Positions 42,131 through 50,909 of a DNA stretch of 64,000 nucleotides are shown here, piece by piece (the stretch's first letter is position 1; each line of letters opens with the position of its first letter). The notes beneath the pieces are model-generated. The model had not been told where the DNA came from. It did no database searches and saw only the letters and a list, made by a program, of their open reading frames with translations. Origin of the DNA: Hoeflea sp. GTDB taxonomy: Bacteria > Pseudomonadota > Alphaproteobacteria > Rhizobiales > Rhizobiaceae. The position numbers were made by a program, and so were the translations under genes. The DNA lies in the NCBI RefSeq assembly GCF_965230055.1, contig NZ_OZ245939.1; one strand, written 5' to 3'.

Positions 42131-42774
42131 GGATCGCCGACCCGGTGAACCTCACCGGCAGCCGCCTGCGCATCTGCCTCGTCGTGGGTGACCAGAACCA
42201 CCGGCAGGCCGGCATCACGAGCCTTTGTGAACACCATCTGCCGGGTCTGGTCCCTGAGGTTTGCATCAAGCTTGGAGAAGGGTTCATCCAACAGCAGCAG
42301 CCGCGGTTGTGACAGCAGCACCCGTTGCAGCGCCACCCGCGCTTTCTGCCCGCCCGACAGCGTGTCGGGATCGCTGCCGCCAAAGCCAGAAAGCCCGGCA
42401 TCCTCGAGCGCCGCCTCGGCCATGGCGCGGCGCCTGCTGCGTCCGCGTACCGCCTGCGGAATCGCGATGGCGATATTGTCGGTGACGCTGAGATGGGGAA
42501 ACAGGAGCGGATCCTGAAACAGGATGCCGGCGTGACGTTGCTCGGCTGCAAGTCCGGTCAGATCCACGCCATCGACACGTACGGCGCCGCTCGCGCTGAA
42601 CGCCGGATCGAGAAACCCGCCGAGATAGGCAAGAAGCGTGGATTTGCCGGAGCCTGACGGGCCCATCACTGTCAATGTTTCGCCCCGGGCCACCCGCGCG
42701 CTGATCGAAACAAGTTCGCGGCCGGCAAGCGCGATCCGCACCTGCTCGAGCACCAGTCCGCGCTCATCGCTCAT
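42127..42774 (-). CDS. ABC transporter ATP-binding protein (YnjD-like)
   Basis: GPSGSGKST, LSGGQKARV, LLDEPFSKLD. Confidence 0.9.
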   Translation of the reverse strand: MSDERGLVLEQVRIALAGRELVSISARVARGETLTVMGPSGSGKSTLLAYLGGFLDPAFSASGAVRVDGVDLTGLAAEQRHAGILFQDPLLFPHLSVTDNIAIAIPQAVRGRSRRRAMAEAALEDAGLSGFGGSDPDTLSGGQKARVALQRVLLSQPRLLLLDEPFSKLDANLRDQTRQMVFTKARDAGLPVVLVTHDEADAQAAAGEVHRVGDP

Positions 42775-42798
42775 GTGACATTGCCCGTTTGGCCACTT

Positions 42799-44505
42799 CT
42801 ATACCCTCAGTCCCCGCCGGTTGCGGAATATCAAGCCGGGCAGGCCCATGGCAATGGCGAAGGCCAGAAACGGCAGCAGGGTCTGCATGAATGCATAAAC
42901 GCCGATCACGCGCCGGTTCCCGCCCGCCGCCAGCGCAACCGCTTCCGTTGTTACGGTGGTCAGGCGTCCCGCCCCGATCAGCACCGTTGGCAGGTACTGG
43001 CCGACCGAGACCGAGAAGCCCACCGCCGCCGCCGTCAGGATGGCCCGGGTCAGCATCGGCAAACGGATGTTCAGAAGCGCCCGCCCGCGGCTGATCCCGA
43101 GACCGGCGGCAATCTGGTCATGGCGACGGTCCTGCGCGCGCCATGGATCGCTGAGAGACAGGAAGACGTAGGGGAGCACGAAAATCAGATGCGCAAGCAC
43201 CAATGCGCCGAAGCTCGCATCGACACCGAGCCATATCGACAGCACCTGGAGGCCGAACATGAACGAGATCTGCGGGACGATCAGCGGCAGATAGATCAGC
43301 AGCAGAGCGCTGCGCCCGCGACCGCGTCCCGTCTCGTATTCCCGCTCCAGGCAGAGGATGGTCAGCACCAGCGCGATCAGCGTCGAAAACAGTGCTACCA
43401 GCAGCGTGGTCATGAGCGGATCGCTCATCTGTGGCAGTGCGCGCATCCATGACCTGAGGGTAAATCCCGACGGCAGCGCATCGGGAAACTGCCAAAGGCC
43501 GGAAACGGACCACAGCGCCAGCACGCCGATTCCGCCAAAGACGGCAAGAACGGAGGCGAGCATGGCAGCTCTTGCCATCAGCCGCAGGGCCAGATCGCTC
43601 CGCAGCCTCAGGCCGTGATCGCGGACGAGTCCGGTGAAAAACCTGCCAAGTCTTTCGATCACGATCCAGGCCAGCAGCGCCGCCAGGGTCACACCCAGTT
43701 GCAGGACGGCGCCGGCCGAGGCGAGAAACCGGGTTTCGAGCGCCGGATCGTTCATCCATTCGATCAGCCGGACCGGCAGCGTCGGAGGCAGGTGCGGGCC
43801 GAGAATGAGGGCCACGTCAACGACCGATGTGGCATAAGCCACCACCGCGAAAACCGCCAGCCGGATCTGCCGGTAAAGCGATGGCCACAGCAGGAAGACG
43901 AAGGCCGATGTCCGGCCGTAGCCGAGCGATCGCCCCAGCCGCATCGTGTCCGCATGCGGTGTCTGAGGCAGGGCTGCGAGCGTAACCAGGAAAAGGAACG
44001 GAATTTCCTTGGCGATGAGCCCCGCCATCATCGAAAGCGCCATCGGATCGTTGATGATGAGTACGTCCGGCGGCTGTTCAAACCCTGTCGCCCAGGGCGA
44101 AACCAGGCGCATGATCATGCCTGACGGCGCGATCAGGAAGGCCAGACCGAATGCGGCGGCTGCATGCGGAACCGACAGCAGCGGTGATATCAGCCGCCGC
44201 ATTTTCGAAAACAGGCGCGTCCCGAGATCGCTGGCCACGAAACCCGCCACTGCAGCGAGCGAGACCAGCGTCGTCACCAGACCGATCAGAATCGAAAGGC
44301 CGGCCGAGCGAGCGATTCCGGGAACCCTGCTCAATTCGCTGAAATGCTCGGTGGTCAGTTGCCTGCCGCCCAGCTCCGGCAGGTATCCGAGCGCAGGCAG
44401 TGCGGTTCCCGCCAGGCCGAAGACCAGCGGACCGAGCAGGATGGCCAAGGTCAAGGGCGGGGCAAACCGCGCCGGACGAACCCTGCTCGCGGTCACTGCC
44501 CGCAA
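42799..44505 (-). CDS. ABC transporter permease, two fused domains (YnjC-like)
   Basis: 568 aa, many TM segments, two EAA-like loops (RSLGYG, AAGLG.S). Confidence 0.88.
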   Translation of the reverse strand: MRAVTASRVRPARFAPPLTLAILLGPLVFGLAGTALPALGYLPELGGRQLTTEHFSELSRVPGIARSAGLSILIGLVTTLVSLAAVAGFVASDLGTRLFSKMRRLISPLLSVPHAAAAFGLAFLIAPSGMIMRLVSPWATGFEQPPDVLIINDPMALSMMAGLIAKEIPFLFLVTLAALPQTPHADTMRLGRSLGYGRTSAFVFLLWPSLYRQIRLAVFAVVAYATSVVDVALILGPHLPPTLPVRLIEWMNDPALETRFLASAGAVLQLGVTLAALLAWIVIERLGRFFTGLVRDHGLRLRSDLALRLMARAAMLASVLAVFGGIGVLALWSVSGLWQFPDALPSGFTLRSWMRALPQMSDPLMTTLLVALFSTLIALVLTILCLEREYETGRGRGRSALLLIYLPLIVPQISFMFGLQVLSIWLGVDASFGALVLAHLIFVLPYVFLSLSDPWRAQDRRHDQIAAGLGISRGRALLNIRLPMLTRAILTAAAVGFSVSVGQYLPTVLIGAGRLTTVTTEAVALAAGGNRRVIGVYAFMQTLLPFLAFAIAMGLPGLIFRNRRGLRV

Positions 44506-44629
44506 CTCCCGGAAAGCATGGTTACCCCCTGTCGGGCGCGGATCAGGTCAGGTCGGTCCCTGGCGAGCAGCGCCCCATCCTTGACAGCCCGATGCGGATG
44601 ACCCGGAAAAGGGCGCGCGGCCACCGGTT

Positions 44630-45862
44630 TCAGTTGGCTGCACCGTAGCGGCGCATCCATTCCCCTTCGATCCGTTCCATCCAGTCGGGATGCGGCTCAT
44701 CGAGCGCTGGGCCGAGTTCATCGGGTTTCAGCGTCGCGACGCCGAGATCGAGCGCATCGAAAGCTGCCCTGTCCTCCGCCGTCAGCTTGTCCATCGAAAG
44801 CACCGTCGGATCGCCCCAGATGGCCGGATCCTGCTTGTGCGCCTGTGCTTCCGGCGAGATCAGGAAATTTGCCAGAACCAGTGCGCCCGCCTTTGCAGCC
44901 GCATTGTAGGGAATGGCGACGAAGTGGGTGTTGCCAAGAGTGCCGCCGGGATAGGTGAACGACCGCACGGTGTCGGGCAATTCACCCGCCGCGATTCCGG
45001 CCGAGGCTTCGGACGGGTTGAAGGCAAAGATGATGTCGAGTTCGCCGTCGGCGAGCTTCTGTTTCATGTCAGGGTAATTCTGCGGATAGGCCTTGCCGCT
45101 GCGCCAGAGGTTGGGATGCAGTTCATCGAGATACGCAAACAGGGGTGCGACATCATCTTCGAAGGTCTCCGCGTTGACCGGCTTTGCGAGCTTGGCGGTA
45201 TCGCTGATGACCTCGGAGAGCACCTGCTTGAGGAAGGAAGACCCGATGAAATCGGGCGGTTGCGGGTAGGAAAACAGGCCCGGATTGGCCTTTGCCCATT
45301 CCAGCAGTTCTGCCGATGACCTGGGCATGCTTTCGGGTGAAGTGCGTGCCGTATCGTGGAAGAACACCAGTTTCGCACCGCCCCACGGGCTTTCCAGGCC
45401 GTCGGTCGGAATTGTGAAGTCGGTCAGGATGGTCGGTTTGTTCTCGTGATCGACGTAGGCCCAGTTCGGCAGGCCTGTGGTCCAGTCCGGCGCCATCAAG
45501 AGGTCCTGGCGCTTCATGGAGGCAAAGTTTTCTCCGTTGATCCAGATGAGGTCGACGGAACCGCCCTCGTCCTTTCCTGCGGCCTTTTCCGCCAGCACCT
45601 TGGCCACTGCGTTTGCGGTGTCGTCGAGCTTGACGTGAACGACCTCGACGCCGTGGCGCTCCTCGAGCACATCGCCGGCCCAGTCGATATAGGCATTGAT
45701 GTTTTCCGACCCGCCCCAGGCATTGAAATAGACCGTCTGGCCGCGCGCCTCCTCGAGAACCGCGTCCCAGTTGCGGGGATCGGGGTCTTCGGCGCGGGCA
45801 GAGGCACTCAGCGCGATCGCCGCGGCCAGGGTGCCGGCAAGCAGGGTCGGAAACTTCGACAT
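44630..45862 (-). CDS. ABC transporter substrate-binding protein (YnjB-like)
   Basis: Signal peptide; TVYFNAWGGS..IN.YI, VDLIWINGENF, YPQPPDFIG, GNTHFVAIPYNA. Confidence 0.88.
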   Translation of the reverse strand: MSKFPTLLAGTLAAAIALSASARAEDPDPRNWDAVLEEARGQTVYFNAWGGSENINAYIDWAGDVLEERHGVEVVHVKLDDTANAVAKVLAEKAAGKDEGGSVDLIWINGENFASMKRQDLLMAPDWTTGLPNWAYVDHENKPTILTDFTIPTDGLESPWGGAKLVFFHDTARTSPESMPRSSAELLEWAKANPGLFSYPQPPDFIGSSFLKQVLSEVISDTAKLAKPVNAETFEDDVAPLFAYLDELHPNLWRSGKAYPQNYPDMKQKLADGELDIIFAFNPSEASAGIAAGELPDTVRSFTYPGGTLGNTHFVAIPYNAAAKAGALVLANFLISPEAQAHKQDPAIWGDPTVLSMDKLTAEDRAAFDALDLGVATLKPDELGPALDEPHPDWMERIEGEWMRRYGAAN

Positions 45863-46014
45863 GGGGCAGTCCTCTCTCATCTGCAAAACGTGCGATCAGA
45901 CACCACAGGGCAGCAGGAGCGTCAATCGCGACGGACAGCTGCAAGCGTCACAATTTGGTGAGTCTCGCGTGTGGTCAGGAGCGTGCATACGTCCGCCCTG
46001 CGGGATGAGGTGTC

Positions 46015-48942
46015 CTAGTGCGCCTCGTCCCAGTTCTTTGCTGCCCGGGCATCGACCTTCAGCGGAACCGCCATGCTGATCGCCGGCATGGCCGCATTTT
46101 CCATGACATCGACGATAACCGGGATCAGCTTGTCCGCATCGCCTTCAGCGGCTTCGAAAATCAGTTCGTCGTGCACCTGAAGCAGCATCTTCGCATCCAG
46201 GCCGGTTGCGGCAACCGCCGGCTCCATGCGCACCATGGCGCGCCGGATGATGTCGGCGGCCGATCCCTGGATCGGCGCATTGATTGCCGCGCGCTCGTTG
46301 AAGGCGCGAACCTGCGGGTTGGACGACTTGATTTCCGGGTAATGGGCGCGCCGGCCGAAGATCGTGGTCACATAGCCCTTCTCCTTGGCTTCCGCCTTGG
46401 TGGCGTCCATGTAGTCCTTGATCCCGGGAAACCGTTCGAAATACTTGCGGATGTAGTCTCCCGCCTCGGACCGCTCAATGCCAAGCTGGTTGGCCAGGCC
46501 GAAGGCCGAGATTCCGTAGATGATCCCGAAATTGATTGCCTTGGCCCTGCGGCGCACGTCCGATGGCATGCCCTCGATCGGCACCCCGAACATTTCCGAC
46601 GCGGTCATGGCGTGAATGTCGATATCGTCTGCAAAGGCCTGCTTGAGCTGGGGAATGTCGGCAACGTGCGCCAGCACCCTGAGTTCGATCTGGCTGTAGT
46701 CGGCGGAAACCAGGACGTTTCCGGGCTCCGCCACGAATGCCGTGCGGATCTTGCGGCCCGCGGCGGTGCGCACCGGGATGTTCTGGATGTTGGGATCGGA
46801 CGAGGACAGACGGCCTGTCGTGGTCGCGGCCATGGCAAAAGAGGTATGAACGCGCTTCGTCTCGGGATGGATGTAACCCGGCAGCGCGTCCGTGTAGGTG
46901 GACTTGAGCTTTGTGAGCTGCCGCCAGTCGACGATGGTTCGCGGCAGCGGATGTCCTTCTGCTGCCAGGTCCTCCAGCACCTGCGCCGATGTCGACCATT
47001 GTCCGGATTTGGTCTTCGAGCCGCCCGGAAGCCCCATGCGCCCGAACAGGATTTCGCCCAGCTGCTTGGGCGAACCGAGATTGAAGGTTTCGCCGGCCAG
47101 CTCATGGGCCTCGGCTTCCAGTGCGGCTGCCCCCTGCGCCAGTTCCCCCGACAGACGTGAGAGGATCTGCCGGTCCACCTGGATGCCGCGCTGTTCCATC
47201 CGCATCAGCACCGGGGCAAGCGGTCGCTCAAGACGTTCGTACACCCGGGTCATGCCCTCGGCTGCAAGCCGCGGCTTGAGCACATGCCAGAGCCTGAGCG
47301 TGACGTCAGCGTCCTCTGCGGCATAGGCGGTTGCCTTGTCGATGGCCACCTGTGCGAAAGGGATCGCATTCCGGCCGGAGCCTGTCACGTCCTTGTAGGC
47401 AAAGGTGCTGTGTCCGAGCCAGCGTTCGGCGAGCGCATCCATGCCGTGACTGCCGCGGCCGGCATCGAGCACGTAGGACAACAGCATCGTGTCGTCGAAA
47501 CTCTCGATGCCGATACCGTGCCGTGCCAGAACCAGCATGTCGTATTTCAGGTTCTGGCCGATCTTCAGAACCGCCGGATCCTCGAGCAGCCGCTTGATCT
47601 CGTCGAGCGCGGCGCGCATGTCCATCTGCCCGGATTGCGCTCCGCCGCCGCCGAGAAGATCGCCGTCGCCGTTGGTGTGTGCGAGCGGTACGTAGCAGGC
47701 TCTTACCTTGAGATCGCCGGTGTCCGGAGCCGCCTGCGGCAGCGCCAGAGAAAAGCCCACGAGGTCGGCCTGCATGGCGTCGAGCGAGGTGGTTTCCGTA
47801 TCGAAGGCGACCAGGCCGCCTTCGCGGGCCGCTTCGCACCAGCTCCTGAGAGCGTCGATGTCGCCGAGAGTTTCATAGGCGCCGGTGTCGATTTTGGCAT
47901 CGACCGCCGCTTCCGCCCGGCGCTGCGCAAGGCGTTTCGGCGTGTCTTCTTCCGAACCGCCGGGCGCCGCTTCGCCGGGATCAAGATCGGGACCGCGCGC
48001 CGCTTCGTTGTGATCGACGGCAATCTTTGCCGCCTCCACTTCAGCGGTTTCGGTGTCGGTGGCTTCGGCCACCCGGCGCGTCAGCGAGGTGAACTCCATC
48101 CCCTTGAGGAAGGCCACCAGCTTCGGCCCGTCGAGGGCATTGAGCACCAGCTCGTCGAGTCCGGCAGGCGGGTCGACATCATCGCGCAGCCGCACCAGTT
48201 CGCGCGAGATGCGCGCCTTGTCGGCAAATTCGATGATGTTCTCGCGGCGCTTGTTCTGCTTGATCTCGCCGGCCCGCTCCAGGAGCGTATCGAGATCACC
48301 GAATTCCTCGATCAGCTGTGCCGCCGTTTTCGGCCCGATGCCCGGGATCCCGGGCACGTTGTCCACCGAATCGCCGGTCAAGGCCTGCAGGTCGATCATC
48401 TTCTCGGGCGGCACGCCCCATTTCTCGATGACTTCGGGAACGCCGATCTGCCTGTCCTTCATGGAATCGTACATCGACACCTGCGGCCCGACGAGCTGCA
48501 TCAGATCCTTGTCCGAAGAGATCACCGTGACATCGGCGCCGGCCTCCCGTGCGAGCCGGGCATAGGTAGCGATCAGGTCGTCTGCCTCGAATCCCTCCAC
48601 CTCGATGCAGGGCAGGTCGAAGGCCCTCGTCGCCTCGCGAATCACTGCAAATTGCGGCACCAGGTCTTCCGGGGGCGCCGAGCGATTCGCCTTGTACTCG
48701 GGATAGAGCTCGTTTCTGAAAGTTTTCGACGAGTAATCGAAGATCACCGCAAAATGCGTTGGCGTCACCCCCACCGAGGTGTCGCGCGCATCCGAAAGCA
48801 GCTTCCAGAGCATGTTGCAGAAGCCCGAAACTGCGCCGACCGGAAGCCCGTCGGACTTGCGCGTCAAAGGCGGAAGTGCATGATACGCCCGGAAAATATA
48901 GCCCGAGCCGTCCACGAGGAAGAGATGGTCACCTTTTTTCAT
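46015..48942 (-). CDS. polA: DNA polymerase I
   Basis: 5'-3' exonuclease LVDGSGYIFRAY, FDTET, TGRLSSSDPN, DYSQIELR, AKAINFGIIYG, LQVHDEL. Confidence 0.98.
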   Translation of the reverse strand: MKKGDHLFLVDGSGYIFRAYHALPPLTRKSDGLPVGAVSGFCNMLWKLLSDARDTSVGVTPTHFAVIFDYSSKTFRNELYPEYKANRSAPPEDLVPQFAVIREATRAFDLPCIEVEGFEADDLIATYARLAREAGADVTVISSDKDLMQLVGPQVSMYDSMKDRQIGVPEVIEKWGVPPEKMIDLQALTGDSVDNVPGIPGIGPKTAAQLIEEFGDLDTLLERAGEIKQNKRRENIIEFADKARISRELVRLRDDVDPPAGLDELVLNALDGPKLVAFLKGMEFTSLTRRVAEATDTETAEVEAAKIAVDHNEAARGPDLDPGEAAPGGSEEDTPKRLAQRRAEAAVDAKIDTGAYETLGDIDALRSWCEAAREGGLVAFDTETTSLDAMQADLVGFSLALPQAAPDTGDLKVRACYVPLAHTNGDGDLLGGGGAQSGQMDMRAALDEIKRLLEDPAVLKIGQNLKYDMLVLARHGIGIESFDDTMLLSYVLDAGRGSHGMDALAERWLGHSTFAYKDVTGSGRNAIPFAQVAIDKATAYAAEDADVTLRLWHVLKPRLAAEGMTRVYERLERPLAPVLMRMEQRGIQVDRQILSRLSGELAQGAAALEAEAHELAGETFNLGSPKQLGEILFGRMGLPGGSKTKSGQWSTSAQVLEDLAAEGHPLPRTIVDWRQLTKLKSTYTDALPGYIHPETKRVHTSFAMAATTTGRLSSSDPNIQNIPVRTAAGRKIRTAFVAEPGNVLVSADYSQIELRVLAHVADIPQLKQAFADDIDIHAMTASEMFGVPIEGMPSDVRRRAKAINFGIIYGISAFGLANQLGIERSEAGDYIRKYFERFPGIKDYMDATKAEAKEKGYVTTIFGRRAHYPEIKSSNPQVRAFNERAAINAPIQGSAADIIRRAMVRMEPAVAATGLDAKMLLQVHDELIFEAAEGDADKLIPVIVDVMENAAMPAISMAVPLKVDARAAKNWDEAH

Positions 48943-49099
48943 GGGCAAGGATTAGCGCGGGGCCGCCGCAACGTCCATCACGGTTTTGAGCTTCACCGCT
49001 GAAAACCCCCGGCGCCCATGCTCACGAAATGGTTACCGATTTGTAATCTTCGGAAATACTTCGTGTCCTTGAAAAGCCACATTCTCCGGACCAAATCCC

Positions 49100-49261
49100 A
49101 CTCATCGGCACTTCAATAAGCCGCTGTCTGGAAATCCCGGCTCGTCCCCCGCCGTCTCCAGACTTCAAGGACAAGGGCCTCCCCCGCCCCCTCTTATGGC
49201 CCTTGTCCGACCAATATGCCGCCATGGCCCTTCCCCTCCGGCCATGGCGGCTTTTCTTTTT
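49100..49261 (+). ncRNA. Small RNA with three hairpins and C-rich loops; probable alpha-r7 (Smr7C) family member
   Basis: Stems ctgga/tccag, ggacaagggcc/ggcccttgtcc, gccgccatggcc/ggccatggcggc; C-rich loops; U-tail; CTTGAA at 49068 upstream; divergent from polA as recalled for alpha-r7; 5' end approximate. Confidence 0.75.
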
Positions 49262-49320
49262 GGCCGGCCCGGTCCTAAGATCGCCGCTTCTGATTCTGAT
49301 CCGGAGCCCCGACCGATACC

Positions 49321-50712
49321 ATGACCGATCTCACCGCAGCCCTTTCCGCCGCCACCGCAAACATGGATGAAAGCCTCAAGCGCCTGTTCGGGCTCCTGCG
49401 GATCGAGTCGATCTCGACCGATCCCGCCTACGCGCCCGAATGCCGCCGTGCCGGACAATGGCTCGTTGATGAACTCAACAGCCTGGGGTTCGAGGCAAGT
49501 CTGCGCGATACACCCGGTCACCCGATGGTGGTCGCCCACCACGAAGGTGCAACGCCCGATGCACCGCATTTCCTGTTTTACGGTCACTATGACGTCCAGC
49601 CGGTCGATCCGCTGGATCTGTGGACCGATCCGCCCTTCGAGCCATCCGTCAAGGAGATTGCGCCCGGCCGCAAGGCGATTACCGGGCGCGGCGCCGCCGA
49701 CGACAAGGGACAGCTGATGACCTTTGTCGAAGCATGCCGCGCATGGAAGGCTGCGTCCGGTTCCCTGCCCTGCCGCATCACCATCCTGTTCGAGGGCGAG
49801 GAGGAATCCGGCTCACCATCGCTCAAACCGTTCCTGAAGGCCAATGCGGAAGAGCTAAAGGCCGATTGTGCGCTGGTCTGCGACACCGGGATGTGGGACG
49901 CCAAAACGCCGGCCATTTCCGTCGGTCTGCGCGGCCTTGTCGGCGAGGAGGTGACAATTCAGGCCGCCGACCGGGATCTCCATTCGGGCCTTTTCGGCGG
50001 CGCCGCGGCCAATCCGCTTCACATTCTTTCCAAAATCCTTGCCGACCTGCACGACGAAACCGGCCGGGTGACGCTGGAAGGATTCTATGACGGCGTGACC
50101 GAAACGCCGGCGCAGGTGCTGGCAAGTTGGGAAAGCCTCGGCAAGACCGCCGAGAGCTTTCTGGGTGAGGTGGGCCTTTCTGAGCCCTCCGGCGAAAAGG
50201 GACGTTCTGTTCTGGAATTGACCTGGGCGCGGCCGACCGCCGAGGTCAACGGCATGTGGGGCGGCTACACCGGTGAAGGATTCAAGACGGTGATTGCCGC
50301 AAAAGCTTCGGCAAAGGTGTCTTTCCGTCTGGTCGGCAAGCAGGATCCCGATCAGGTCCGCGCCGCATTCCGAGCCCATGTCGAGGCGCGGCTTCCCGCC
50401 GATTGCAGCGCCAGTTTCGCCCCGCATGGCGGGTCGCCGGCCATCCAGCTGCCATTCGATTCGCCTGTTGTCACTAAGGCTCGCAGCGCGCTGACCGATG
50501 AATGGCCGAACCCTGCGGTGATGATCGGCATGGGCGGCTCGATTCCGATCGTCGGTGATTTTCAGGAGATTCTCGGTCTGCAATCCATGCTTTGCGGTTT
50601 CGGCCTGACCGATGACCGGATCCATTCGCCAAACGAAAAATACGACCTGACTTCCTTTTCCGGCGGGATTCGTTCCTGGGTGCGGATTCTCGACGCTCTT
50701 TCGAAGAGGTGA
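49321..50712 (+). CDS. M20/M25/M40 family dipeptidase
   Basis: YGHYDVQP, GRGAADDKG, EGEEESGS, DLHSG, HSPNEK. Confidence 0.93.
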   Translation: MTDLTAALSAATANMDESLKRLFGLLRIESISTDPAYAPECRRAGQWLVDELNSLGFEASLRDTPGHPMVVAHHEGATPDAPHFLFYGHYDVQPVDPLDLWTDPPFEPSVKEIAPGRKAITGRGAADDKGQLMTFVEACRAWKAASGSLPCRITILFEGEEESGSPSLKPFLKANAEELKADCALVCDTGMWDAKTPAISVGLRGLVGEEVTIQAADRDLHSGLFGGAAANPLHILSKILADLHDETGRVTLEGFYDGVTETPAQVLASWESLGKTAESFLGEVGLSEPSGEKGRSVLELTWARPTAEVNGMWGGYTGEGFKTVIAAKASAKVSFRLVGKQDPDQVRAAFRAHVEARLPADCSASFAPHGGSPAIQLPFDSPVVTKARSALTDEWPNPAVMIGMGGSIPIVGDFQEILGLQSMLCGFGLTDDRIHSPNEKYDLTSFSGGIRSWVRILDALSKR

Positions 50713-50758
50713 TGCCCGCCTCGATGCAATTGAACGCCGGGGCTGCGGACGAATTTCC

Positions 50759-50773
50759 TTAACCACCCCTTAA
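50759..50773. promoter_or_regulatory. CtrA binding site (TTAA-N7-TTAA) upstream of the class A PBP
   Basis: TTAA ccacccc TTAA about 140 nt upstream of ATG 50910. Confidence 0.7.
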
Positions 50774-50909
50774 ATCGTCGCATTTAGGGTGTTTCGAACT
50801 GGGCTTGCGACGCCTGCGCGGATCGACCCGTGCCGGCTCCGCAGCCATATCGGTTTTCGGATTTCCCGATCCGGAAAAGCATCTGTCTGAAACAGCACCC
50901 GGACCTTTC

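Noticed and set aside
45863-46014. Possible TPP riboswitch upstream of the ynjB-like SBP; CAGGAGCGT repeated at 45914 and 45976
   Set aside because: No CUGAGA or CCUGAU..UAAU TPP elements on the - strand; a 9-bp repeat alone is too weak
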